Shown piece by piece: positions 35,098-46,223 of a stretch of DNA of 64,000 nt; the first letter of the stretch is position 1; every line of letters begins with the position of its first letter. A program made the position numbers and the translations under genes. The notes beneath the pieces were generated by a model. It had not been told where the DNA came from and did not search any database. It saw only the letters and a list, made by a program, of their open reading frames with translations. Where the stretch lies: positions 2,108,001 through 2,172,000 of the forward strand of contig OZ374562.1 in the NCBI GenBank assembly GCA_977862235.1, written 5' to 3'. The stretch is from Dudresnaya verticillata (taxonomy: Eukaryota).

Positions 35098-38000
35098 GGC
35101 TCAACCCTCCTGCCCCATATCCCCCACAACTACACGCGCGAAGAATGGCGGGGGGTCCGCCGTCATTCGCCATCTGTCAGGGTCCACCACCTGTTGCTCT
35201 CCATTTCCGCTGATACCTTGACATAGTTTACTGGTCGTATTTATTGGCGTTAACGTGGGTAAATAAGAAGGTATTCCAAAACGTTGCTCTCCTGTCTCGT
35301 CGCTCGGTCGAATATAGACTTTGGCAGCTAATCACACACTGTGCTGTGCGCGTGGTACAAACACGGCAGATGATGTTAACAGACAAATTGAATGAGTTGG
35401 TGCATGATGGCGGTATGCGATAAGGCTCAAACTACAAATCAACCGTCCCCGTTTTCCCATGAGAGGCCTTGAAACTGTCCACAAGTAGCATGCCATATGC
35501 CATAGTCAACAGACCTGAAAATCCCAAGTAAAGTTACAGTTTTCTCTCAATGAACACGCTGATCTACCGTCGTGCCTCTTGTCTAGCTCGGCAACCTCGG
35601 CAAACACTACTGGATCTCCCCGCAAGATCCCCCCCTCGGTGATCTGACAGCTGCATGCCGATCGCTCTTGCCCCCTCTCTGCTCTGCTGACTGCTACGCG
35701 AGTCACTGACTCGCAGCTGATTTCAGTCAGCATACCACCTTTGCCCTCGGCTACGCCCCTGGCCTGCCCAATTCTTTCCTGATTAGCGAACGAGGCAGAC
35801 ACATCCGTTTGTTGGTGGTACCTCTGCAATTTCTCCCAATCCCCAATCCCGGACCCGGTCTCCAACCGGACTTTGAGCCCTCCGTCCAAGCAGGAATACT
35901 CCAGCCCATAGTGAGAGCAGGGACCAAGCGAAGGTTGGCGGGCCTCATTACAGCCTGGAGCCCTTGAAAGGATTGTAGGCGTCTACATCGAATGTACCGC
36001 TAACTATATGCTCTCCACCTCCACAGTCTCTACGGTCACTTTGATTTCCATCCCTCTTTCTACAGTGCTGAGGAGCCTTCCAATCAGCCATTGCCGGTGG
36101 TGTGAGACATAACCCACCTTAGACAAAAACCGCTCACTGTGATCCACCAACTTTGTCGTATGTTTTTTACGTAGAGCCTGTGTTTCGCCTGTGTTTCGAG
36201 ATATTAGTTGCTTGACTGCGCTGTAAAGGTTTTTGGTGGTGGTGCGGGGCGCTGCAGGCAGTACCGACCGGCCCTGTGTTCGTACGCGACATGGAAAGGA
36301 TGGGGCCTGGATCAGGACGAGGCTTTCCGATCGATGCAGCACTGAAATGGGAAAGGCGGAATCAGTACACATTGTTATTGCCACAGCAATACGTTTGTTT
36401 ATTTCACTGTTTTATCGAGCACAGTGATAGCGCCCAACGAGTAGACGATTGCGATGCCCTTTTATCCATCATTCCCACCTTTCAAACAACGCGGCTTTAA
36501 TGACGGAGCAAACCCGATATTATGTATTACCAGTACCATACCCTGTACAGTACCTTGTGCGGTGCCATACAATCGCTCATCGTTGTCCCGAATAAAGGGA
36601 CATCCTCTTCTTCGCAGAGCGACGGCACAGAAAGTTCAGGCTGTGAGGCGTTGAGCGAAGGAGCATTAAAGCGGGATGGTTCTGGCCAGCCCTTTAATAG
36701 TGTTGTGACGCTCTGAATGGGATACGCAGCCCATTATTAGGCTGCCGCAGATTGCTTGGCTTCATTATACTGTACCGTACCGAGGAAGAGAAAACCAAAT
36801 CAGCTCCGTAAATCGCAAAGACGGAAGTTTGTCCACCATTTCGGTCAAGCAATGAAAAGGAGGAAACACCCACCTGCCGCCCGCTAAATCAAATACGTGT
36901 ACGCCCTGTTGTAGCGCGCGCTGGCACGCACCGGCACGCGCCGCGCCGCAGTTGGACGCAAGGCATCCGTCATGGCTCGGAGACAGGCTGTCTGATGATC
37001 AACACTGTCCCGCGCCGCCACCGCAGTCATCGCACGCAGTACAGCAATGCGCGCGCGGTGAGCTCCGTGGCGCAACATATGCACACCATTGTTGAGACCC
37101 TACAAAGTGCACCGTTAGTCATCTTGTTGATGACGATGACAGTGTGGCAGACAGTTCTGCCAAAGAATTGTGGGACGCCCTGGCAATGTAACGACCGGAC
37201 AGTAAATGTCCACTAAAAACCAGACATTTATGTCCGACGAGGACTTAATACATTTACAGCACAGCACCCTCGTGCTTGTGCTCCCTAAAGCCGTCCTCAT
37301 CACCGCCATGTCGCAATCCAGCAGGCTGATGATGAGGATGATGGCCAGCAGCACCGCCTTTATGGCGAGCTGGCCATCATGGCGAGAACCGCGAGCTTCT
37401 AGAAGCCGGTCCGCGGGACGTAAAGTAGTAATTCTAGTTTAGAAATAGTCAAAAACACTACAATTAGGCTAGCTTTTACTGTAGAACCCGCACAAATGCT
37501 ATTTCTATCGCTACTTTAGTCTAGTTCTAGCACTACATTCTACTCTATAAAAGCCAGCTGCGAAAAGCTACCGGGAGGAGAGAGGCACGAACCTCAAGGG
37601 CACAAACAACCAGCTCAACCCGGGACGCCTGAACCTCCAGACCCCGCCGAGTGTCGAAATACAGACCTTTACGGCACTGTAGCCGTTAGGATCCACACGT
37701 GGTCGTCGATAAACGGCCCTCAAAAGAGCTGCTTCGGTTAGCACGAGTGCAAGAGCTGCAGGCTCGGAACGGCTCTCAAAAGAGCTGACTGAGGGCGGAG
37801 CAATTGATTTCAATGGTAGTGGAGGTTGATTCAAACGTAGACACTAGTTGAGTGTTCCGTGGTTCTTTGAACTTCTCTTCCATTAGTTGCAAACGCAAAG
37901 CGTTGCACCGTCTCCGGTCTGTAGCGTGTGCTAGACTAGTTCCCTAGATTGTTTGGTTGTTGTTCTGTTTTGTACTCGTTGGCTTCTCTTTACTTTGTTG

Positions 38001-38291
38001 CTGACGTCGGAATAGTTCTTGTACTGAGTTTCACCCTCCACGCGAACGTGGAATTGAATGCAACTACTGACAATATTCAGTGACAATTGACACTGCATGC
38101 TACTCTATGTTGACCACCCATTTATAATCTCCGGCCAAGGCTGAGCCAGATTGACTTCGCTCGAAGTCCTCTATACCTACCCAAGTTGAACAACACCGAG
38201 CGCCTAAAGAATAGCCTCGAGCAAGCCCTACCAGCCAAACCAGTAAGTCAAAAATCAACCCTATTTTTATGACCCTCTCCTGCGCCATTTC

Positions 38292-39651
38292 TGTGGCGTA
38301 CGGGGGACCGAGCTTTTATTTCCTCGCTGTAATACAGTGAAGGGCTTACAGAAGTGGGCCCTCTGCCCGCGTGTATGCGCTGAAATAGCGTTACCTATAG
38401 GGCACCAGCAGGGACAAGATGGGTAGCCTATGATTGGTCCAAGTGTCACCCTGCAGGTCAGTAGCTTAGTATCTGTGTATTTAGTTTAGAAATTATAGCT
38501 TAGGATAGGGGGCGTGTATATAGCCCAGTATGAGGGTTGCTGCCTGACAGTCGGAGTACCATATAAGGGTATCTCCCGTAGCGGTCACTGAACAGTAAAG
38601 GCAAGCACCTTTCGGCCCCAACTACGTCTCCAAGCTATCGGCACCGCAGCACAATTGTCACCCGTGCCCGGTTAACCGCCCGCCCAGTGAACTACCTTCA
38701 GTATCGTGCTTCCAGTCAGGTTACGTGCCCTCGTCTACCCTCTGGGTTCCTCCCGCTGTACCACCGCTACCAGGTACCCGCTCTGTGGCTTTCTCATTGA
38801 GTGCACTCTTTGAGTTCACAAGAGGCCTAAAAGGCACTTCCTTACACTCGCCATGGGCGCCGAGAACCTCATCGACCGACGGACGGTCACCTGGAACGGC
38901 TCATTCGCCATTGGCGCGAACACGTCATCGACGATTGCTCTACGGACGCGCGGGTGCCACAACCCGGCGCCGCGCACGCCCGACGCACTGTACGGCGCAA
39001 CGCTGCAGAGCGGATCTGGATGATGCATCGGGATTAACGAGATGTAAGGGAGTTGACTGTCAGATTGGCCCGGATCCCGATCGAATCCGGATCCGACATC
39101 CAGATCGGACATCGGGATCCGCTGTAAGGGAAACACGCCTGCAATACGCTGCCAATCGTGATCCGAATCCGGATCGCCTACAGCACCTTGCGAGCGCGCC
39201 TCTGTAAGACGCACGTGCCGGCCCACAGCGGATGCATTGTCCCGGGACGTGTCAGACGCACCTCCACGCGACACGCGTCCCGGGTTCCCGCGCGCTACTT
39301 CAAGCAGTCGCCGCGCCGCGGCTCCATAGTATTACTTAGGTACCTCGTCCAGGACGTAACAGTAAAGCCCCGGCAAGCCGGTTTGGGTCTAGACTTCCCT
39401 TCCGCGACAGCGCGCACCCTACCGCTGCCCGGAAGCATAAGAATCTACCTATCCCTGTTTCAACGTTCCTAATCGTTGTTAACGTGTTTCCGTTTGGGTT
39501 TCTTTGCCCCTTTGTCCGCTCGCCCTGGGTGTTTACAGTCCGCCCTAGGCGTGTTCAACCTGCTCTACCAAGTTCTCTATTAGCGGCTACCCGCCGGGCT
39601 CCCGAACGGCCCGGAGCTGTTCTCCGTCTTCAGCACGACGTTTGCACGACA
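38292..39651 (+). mobile_element. Solo LTR (E2-related, ~835 bp net) inserted 1 nt before the end of the E3 5' LTR
   Basis: TGTGGCG...GCACGACA; TSD ATTTC at 38287-38291 and 39652-39656; GATC-rich U3 and shared blocks with 62982-63892. Confidence 0.85.
38328..38846 (+). mobile_element. Solo LTR (519 bp) nested in the previous solo LTR
   Basis: TGTAA...TTACA; TSD CTCGC at 38323-38327 and 38847-38851. Confidence 0.85.
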
Positions 39652-39659
39652 ATTTCAAG

Positions 39660-39675
39660 TGGTAGCATCGCCGTA
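39660..39675 (+). promoter_or_regulatory. E3 PBS (initiator tRNA-Met-like)
   Basis: TGGTAGCA.. 2 nt after the LTR end; the complement implies an A1:U72 pair, typical of eukaryotic tRNAi-Met. Confidence 0.7.
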
Positions 39676-39817
39676 TTTCTAACCAATTTTTTAATTGCTT
39701 CTATTTGGACCAGTGCCTAGAATCGACAACACCGCTGTGACCGCCGCCGCTGCCGCCGCGCCCGAGCAGGCGCAGGCGCACCAACAAGAGGCCGCCAAAA
39801 ATATCCGTTCAGAAAAA

Positions 39818-41259
39818 ATGTCCAATCAAAAGCCGGACAACGCCGGCACCAAGGAGCAGCGTGATCTCGCTCTGAAGCTCTTTGGGCCCTGTAGTATGGA
39901 CGTCGGGTCGATCCGACGTCTGATACTTGCTGGTCCGAAGCCGCCACACAGACCCGTCGATGGGTAGCTGTTGGGGTTGGTAGAGCGGTGTCGGCCGCGT
40001 GCGCCCCGCAGGTGCGGATCGACGGCGTCGATGCCAGAGCGCGCACGGGGCGTACCGTACGCGGATAGGCAGCGGCCGGATCCCAGCGGCCCTGTCGAAG
40101 GGCGGCACGAAGCCGACGGAAAGGAAAAGAAAAGGGGAAAGCCTAGCGAGGCAAGGGGAAAAAGGAAAACCGCCCGCTGGCGTAAGGCAAAGGGATCGAA
40201 CCCGAAAAGGCTGGGGGCAAGCTTCAGCGCGAGCTGTTGCTTGCCCGGTTTACTGAGCCGTCGATGGCCCACGGTCTTAAATACCCTACACTATGTGCAC
40301 TACGACTACTTCTACAGTAGGTGCGCCCCACAATACCAACGCGGGAGGTGTGCGAGCGCGCGCCCAGACACGTGTCGACACGTCCGGGTAACAGCTACCC
40401 GTAGGCACGCGCGGGGCGTAACGGGCAGCGGCCCTCTCAACGGCTCGATGCCGGAGAGCGTCACTGGGGCGCGCCGTGTGCGGCACGGCGCGCGGCCGCT
40501 GCCGGCAGCAATACGGTCGACCGCTACTAAATCAACGAAAAAACTAAGGGCACGCTGCCCAACCACGACTCGCCAGCGGGCGTCATCGTGTGCACCATTG
40601 TAGTGCGGGGCTGCCAGCATACCTTACAGCCGCTGCTGATAGTGTGCTGACAGCTATTCTACAGGCCCGACCCGGCACCTACGCCCCGTGTCTTTGGTCC
40701 GCTATCTACGCTCGCCGGCAAGCCTGTCGCACCCGCCAAATCAGAGGGCGCGTTACGCTCCGCGCCCTACGTGGCGAAGCCGTTACAAAACGAGAGCCAA
40801 CTATCAGCCGCCATTTTGAAAGGCGGATTGAAAGGACCAACCATAGCACCCAAGCGACCTGAAGGATTACAGAGCAATGGACAGAAGTGTTCCACTTGCG
40901 GCACCCGTAAGGCACCAAACGAGCCTTGGACGGATCATAATATCAGCGAGGTGCACGTGTCAGCCTTAATCCAACGACGTGGATTCAACTCGGCCGTGAC
41001 CAATCTCAACCGAGAGCACAGCGAGGTACTCACAGTGAAGTGTGACCTGTGTCACACTACGTACAAAAATATCTTGCTTTTCAACACTCACAAATTGGAA
41101 GACGAGCACCGACGCCGTAAGCAAGAACTCTTTCGCTTGGTACACTTGGCGACAAAGCAGGGTGCCATACAGCGTTGGAACAAGATCAGTAAGCCGAAGA
41201 GGACTACCTCTGAAGCTGTCAGCAAAACTCTTAAGTACTGCAAGCAGTCGAAAGAGTAA
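39818..41259 (+). CDS. E3 extra ORF upstream of gag (220 aa after removing the solo LTR): two C-x2-C-x12-H-x5-H (matrin/U1-type) zinc fingers
   Basis: 39818-39889 joins 40669-41259 in frame with no stop. Fingers are CSTCGTRKAPNEPWTDHNISEVH and CDLCHTTYKNILLFNTHKLEDEH. Confidence 0.8.
39890..40663 (-). mobile_element. Solo LTR (774 bp), reverse orientation, interrupting the zinc-finger ORF
   Basis: TGTAG...CTACA; TSD GGCCC at 39885-39889 and 40664-40668. Confidence 0.88.
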
Positions 41260-41481
41260 ATAGAAGAGTGATCATTCTGCATTAAAATATCCGCTTTGTC
41301 GAAACATCTTAGTAAATCATTTCAACCTTACCAAAAGTTACCCAAACTTGGAAAACACCCTAAAATGGGGTACAGATCCCCCACGAAAAAAGTTATGTTG
41401 TGGGAACATATAAGATAAGTTGGGTTACAAAAACATATATGCATATACTTCACATCTGTACTACAGGCCTAGCAAACAGCC

Positions 41482-42430
41482 ATGAACCCCGAAAACAACA
41501 CACCACAGCTCACTCCAGAGCAAATGCAGCAATAACAGACTAGTATGCAGCAACAAATTGCACAACTGCAACAACAAGTGCAAGCCGCTAGTCTGGCTTA
41601 CAACACGCTTGCAACACAGGGAATGGGTTCCAATATGAAGATTGGTAAACCTGACAAGTTCAATGGTCGTAATGCAAGGAGCTGGCTCAAAAGTTTGAGA
41701 AACCTTTTCGAGAGGCAGAATAACACTCCCACGGAGGACCAAAAGATGAAGTATGCAGTTAGTTACCTAGAAGGAGATGGTATACAATGGTGGGAACTGA
41801 TCACCCTAAACGAGATACCTACAAACACGTTTGAGGAATTTGAAGCGGAACTTCTCAACCACTTTGAACCAGTCAATAGAGAACTCACAGCACGAAATAT
41901 GCTTAGTGAATTGAAACAAATGGGTAAGTTCACCGCAGTGAGAGAATACAATAAGGAGTTTTCTAAATGGCTCTTACAGATTCCAACCATGACTCAGGGA
42001 GAGCAAATCTTCCACTACAGTCAGGGACTCAAACAAAAGATGCGAGTCGAAGTGGAACGAGCCGAACCTGAAACGCTCGATCATGTAATGCGAATTGCAG
42101 ATAAGATTGATAGTCTCTATTCAGGACATAGTAACTACTTTGGATTTGGACACTTTAATTCTGGGCAGACTGGAGGGCCAACCCCGATTCAAATCGGAAA
42201 CATTCAAAACAGAAGATACAACAATAATACCGGAAGGTTTAATCAACTTTCTTACGCCGAAAAAGAGGCGTATGGAACTGAACCTTTGTTATGTCTTTGG
42301 TAAGCCCAATTGCATAGCAAGGAACCACAGATCTAATCAACAACCACAACGTGGAAATAGGAACTGGAACAACAGATCCTACTATGGTGGTTACAGTCAG
42401 CAGCCTCACAAGGATGCTGGAAAAAACTAA
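41482..42430 (+). pseudogene. gag: E3 gag (retrotransposon gag domain), with a stop and a frameshift
   Basis: KPDKFNG..AVSYLEGDGIQWW..LKQMG..VREYNKEF, GPTPIQIG; degenerate knuckle; ends A-AAA-AAC-TAA. Confidence 0.9.
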
Positions 42431-42478
42431 GTCATCCGTTAGACAAACTCGGCGCGTCCACGGAGCATTGTAAGATAG

Positions 42479-43460
42479 CCGAACCGCATTGTCACCAAAA
42501 TCGAAAAAATACAGAAACATGAGAAAACTACAAAAGAACAAAAACGTGAGAAAAACACAAAAGAACAAAAACACGAGAAAACAGAAAAGAACAAAAACAA
42601 TACTGAATTAGTAGAAAATGAAGATGCTTTGAAACTTTGTACCTTTTCACCATACAGGAAAAGAAGAAAAAGTAATAGGCAAGCACTTTTGTTCTTCAAT
42701 GGAGAGGTGCATACTGCAACCGCCAATTTCCATTGCAAAACATTAGTGGACTCTGGATGCGAAGAAATTGTGATTTCAAAGAGTTATGCAGATAAGCTGC
42801 AAGTGAAGGGGTACCAACTATCCTTAGTGCAGAACTATGGGACGGAACACTTGCTCCAATGGACGTTTGTTCTGAAAACCTACAACTACGGATAGGGGAA
42901 GCCACAATTAAGGTAAAACCTTACATTCTTGATTGGATTGCTTATGACTTAATCCTAGGCATGTCTTTGCTGTCCGATGCCAACCCTATTATCGACTGGA
43001 AGCGCCACCGTGTGCTCCTAAAACAAGGAGATAGGTTAATTACTCTGGACACAGAGGCTCATAAGCATGGGGTATCCCGCCTGACATACATGCTTACGAG
43101 TAAACAGTTCCTAAGGTTAGCAAAGAGACAAAAAAGTAAGATATACCACGTAATAGTTAATACCTCTAAAGATCGGAGGACAGGAGAAGAGCTAACAGGG
43201 GAAGGTCCTGGTTCAAAAGACCGTATAACAGGGGAAGGTCCTGAAGATAAAGACCTCAGGGAATTACTGAAGGAGTACGAGGATGTATTTCCTGAAGAGT
43301 TGCCTAAAGGATTACCACCAAAGAGATCAGTGGAAATGAATATCAAATTAGAAAAAGATGCAAAACCCAAGATGGGACCAATATATAAGCTATCAAAGAA
43401 ATAACTTGAAGAAATGAAAAACAGATTGAAGAAGCACTAGAACATGGATTCATTAGACCA
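42479..43460 (+). pseudogene. pol: E3 pol 5' fragment (protease and pre-RT), truncated
   Basis: LVDSG, YDLILGMSLL..NPIIDW, YEDVFPEELPKGLPPKR, GFIRP, then an abrupt end. Confidence 0.88.
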
Positions 43461-44554
43461 AGAACACAGATTTCCGGGTTTTCAGAATCTGTGTTCCGAA
43501 TCAGTCTGAAAAATGTTAATGGAATTAGGATTTCTATACTGCGTTAGACTGGGGAGAGGGAGCTGAGAAGAATGGTTAAATCCGTTTTGGGATAGCATGC
43601 ACGGTTGCGGAGTTACAGCATGCCGCATATACGGGTAAATGTCCCCGAAACTTTCGTGAAAGTTTCGAAACTTTCGGAATTTCCGAATTAAAATTTATCC
43701 AGAAATTGCACTGCCGCCTGCTGCCCTCCCGGGCGCGCCTGGCAGCGCACCGACGCTCGTGCTTCAGCACGCTTGGCCCCGCCCGCCGCATCCCCGGCCC
43801 GCCCTGAGCTGTGTTCAAGGGCGCAGTGTCGCCCCGCACGACTGGTACTGCTTGGCCGCCAGGGTAAATCTGGGGTAACCCGTTCGTGCGCGGCGCTCAC
43901 GCACTCACGTGCTGGTACCAGTACCACCCCTTCCCATGCCCATCATTCACTCCAAGGTCCACTGCGGCGCGCTCCTCGCACAGCACCTCCTCCCCGCATG
44001 CCCTATCAAATTTCACCTGCGCCTGAAGCTCACCACGTCCCGCCGCTGCCAACATCCCCACCCCGCCGCGCACCTCGCGCACAAACTCTACTGCGCATCA
44101 TCGCGCATCGCCCATCAACCCCAACACGCCGGGATGAGCGGTGCATTGCAATTGCAGGGCCGGCGCAAAGCGTTTTGAAGTGTAAACAGGTGCCGGCCGG
44201 GTCCCAGCCAGTGTGCGGGTCCAGGTTGCAATTTGGGCTCGGTGAATTTGGGGGGGCGTTCGTGGGGAGAGGATCGTATTGCGCAGGCCATTATTTCCCG
44301 ATATCTTGGCGGCGTGGAGCGCTGATGCTGCAGCCCAGGACACTTTCGGGGTATTGGAATAGCAGAGTTGTTGGAGCCGGCGTACTAGGGAATTTCGTAG
44401 CTGTCGGCGGCGATGGGGGGAGTTGGGATTCTAAAGAGTGCTTGTAGCTTTCTGAGCCTGTGTGTGGGCATATAGTGTGTCCGCTGACCAATGGAGACCC
44501 GGAGGAAGAGAGCCTAGACGCTGTCCATGTTTGAGACGCTTTTCAATCTTTCTC

Positions 44555-45720
44555 GTAGAGTGGAGCGAGGGGCTTTTGGTTCCAATTCACAAACGCTGCT
44601 CGCGAGACGACCCAGAAAACTATAGACCAATTTGCTTACTCTCACACCTGCGCAAGGTGGTTGACCGCTCGATCGCCTATGAAGTCAACGACATTTAATC
44701 CCACACTTAATGCAGCTGGGCTTCCAAGCAGGTCTCCGCACGGAAATTGCCATTGTCCTAGCCCAACACTCCATGAAGTGCGGGTATGACTACGTCGCTA
44801 TTCTAGACATCAAGAGTGCATACGACCGAGTTGATCGTCTCAAACTCCTCCATCTCTGCGAACAGATACTACCTGATCACCTAACGCGTATGACCGCAGC
44901 CACCCATGGTCCCCTCGCTGTAGGAACGGCAGGCTACAGCTCTCGGTGCACTGGAACAGTCCACAGAGGTGTGACACCGGGCTCTCTCCTGAGTCCAGAC
45001 CTGTTTAACATCTACATCGCACCGCTAGCCGCAGAATTGTGTTCCAAGCTCCAACTTACATCAGCACGCCTTCCGAAGTCGACTTGTGGCGGACGACTGC
45101 CTTCTGCATCTCAACTCTCCACAAGAGTTAAGGAAGGCATTGAAAATCTGCGACGATTTTGCGAAACGCAGTTGCATGACATGGTGGACAACAAAACGTC
45201 ACCTCCTCCTCCGAGCCCAGCAGAAGCGCGAAGCCAGACTAGCATGCCTGGAAACATGCGGCCCGCTCCTTTCACGTCGACAGTTCACGGATCACATCCG
45301 TAATACCACTCCAGCACCTAGCACCCCCTCCCCACAGCCGTTCGATGTGCCACCCACTTTCAAGCACAGCCCTTCGAAGGCTATTAACGACGCAAAACCT
45401 GGAAAAGCTGTTGGCCTGGACAACATACACGTGGAAATGCTGAAGCTGACACCCAAGCTGGCGGCCGCGCTCCTCACGGAAGTTTGGCGACTTTGCGGTA
45501 TGTACAGTATCCTTCCTGCCGAATGGCGAAATGGATTGCTCATTCCCGTTTACAAGCGCGGCCCCCGAAACGAGCCGGCAAGCTACCGCCCTATCTGCCT
45601 TTATCGCAGTTGCGGAAGCTCATTGAGCGTGCAATTGCCATTGAGGTAGGGAAGCACTTCACGTCTCATCCCATGCAGCTTGGCTTCCAAGCTGGGCTCG
45701 GTACCGATATGGTTCTGGTA
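44555..45720 (+). pseudogene. Two tandem LINE RT fragments (44555-~45200 and ~45240-45720)
   Basis: PIHK..NYRPICLLS..QLGFQ..LDIKSAYD..GSLLSPDLFNIY..ADD, then a second KAVGLDNI..PVYK..SYRPICL..QLGFQ. Confidence 0.88.
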
Positions 45721-46223
45721 CACGCGCACCGCGCCCGCCGCCGTCACCCACGTACTATACTTAGGTAAGCCGTCCCAGACGTATCAGTAAACGCCCAGGC
45801 AAGCCGGCCTTGGGCCAGACTTCCCCGTTCCGCACGCGCGTACCCTACCGCTGCCTACGGCCTAAGCGTCTACCTCCCGTATTTCCACGTCTATCACCGT
45901 CCTTGACATGTTTCCCTTTTGTTTCCTTTCTGTTCCCTTTTTCCTTCCTTTCCGCCTCGGGCGTCTACAGTCCGCCCAGGGCGTGTCAACTGCTCTACCA
46001 CAAGCCGCCCAAGGCGAAGCTGCTCACCGCCACGGGCGACGCTACCCACCGAGTCCCGAACTGCTCGGCGGTGTTCCGTCTTCAGACTGCACCACATCTG
46101 GTCTCCCGACCTAGAATTGTGCTACGTTGCAACAAGTGACTCCGTCGTGTGACGTCCGACTTTCCGTCTTCAGACGTTCGTCGCCAATCGTCCACGACGT
46201 TCAAGCAACTCTACGACTGCATA

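Larger units (their letters stand above)
37187..43460 (+). mobile_element. E3: 3'-truncated Ty3/Gypsy element (5' LTR, PBS, extra zinc-finger ORF, gag, protease, start of RT)
   Basis: Putative LTR TGTAACGACC (37187, start inferred)...CCATTTCA (39657) once nested solo LTRs are removed; TATAAAA ~37545; PBS TGGTAGCATCGCC at 39660. Confidence 0.75.

Noticed and set aside
35500..37186. Short ORFs, possibly a decayed retroelement
   Set aside because: No motif I can identify with confidence.
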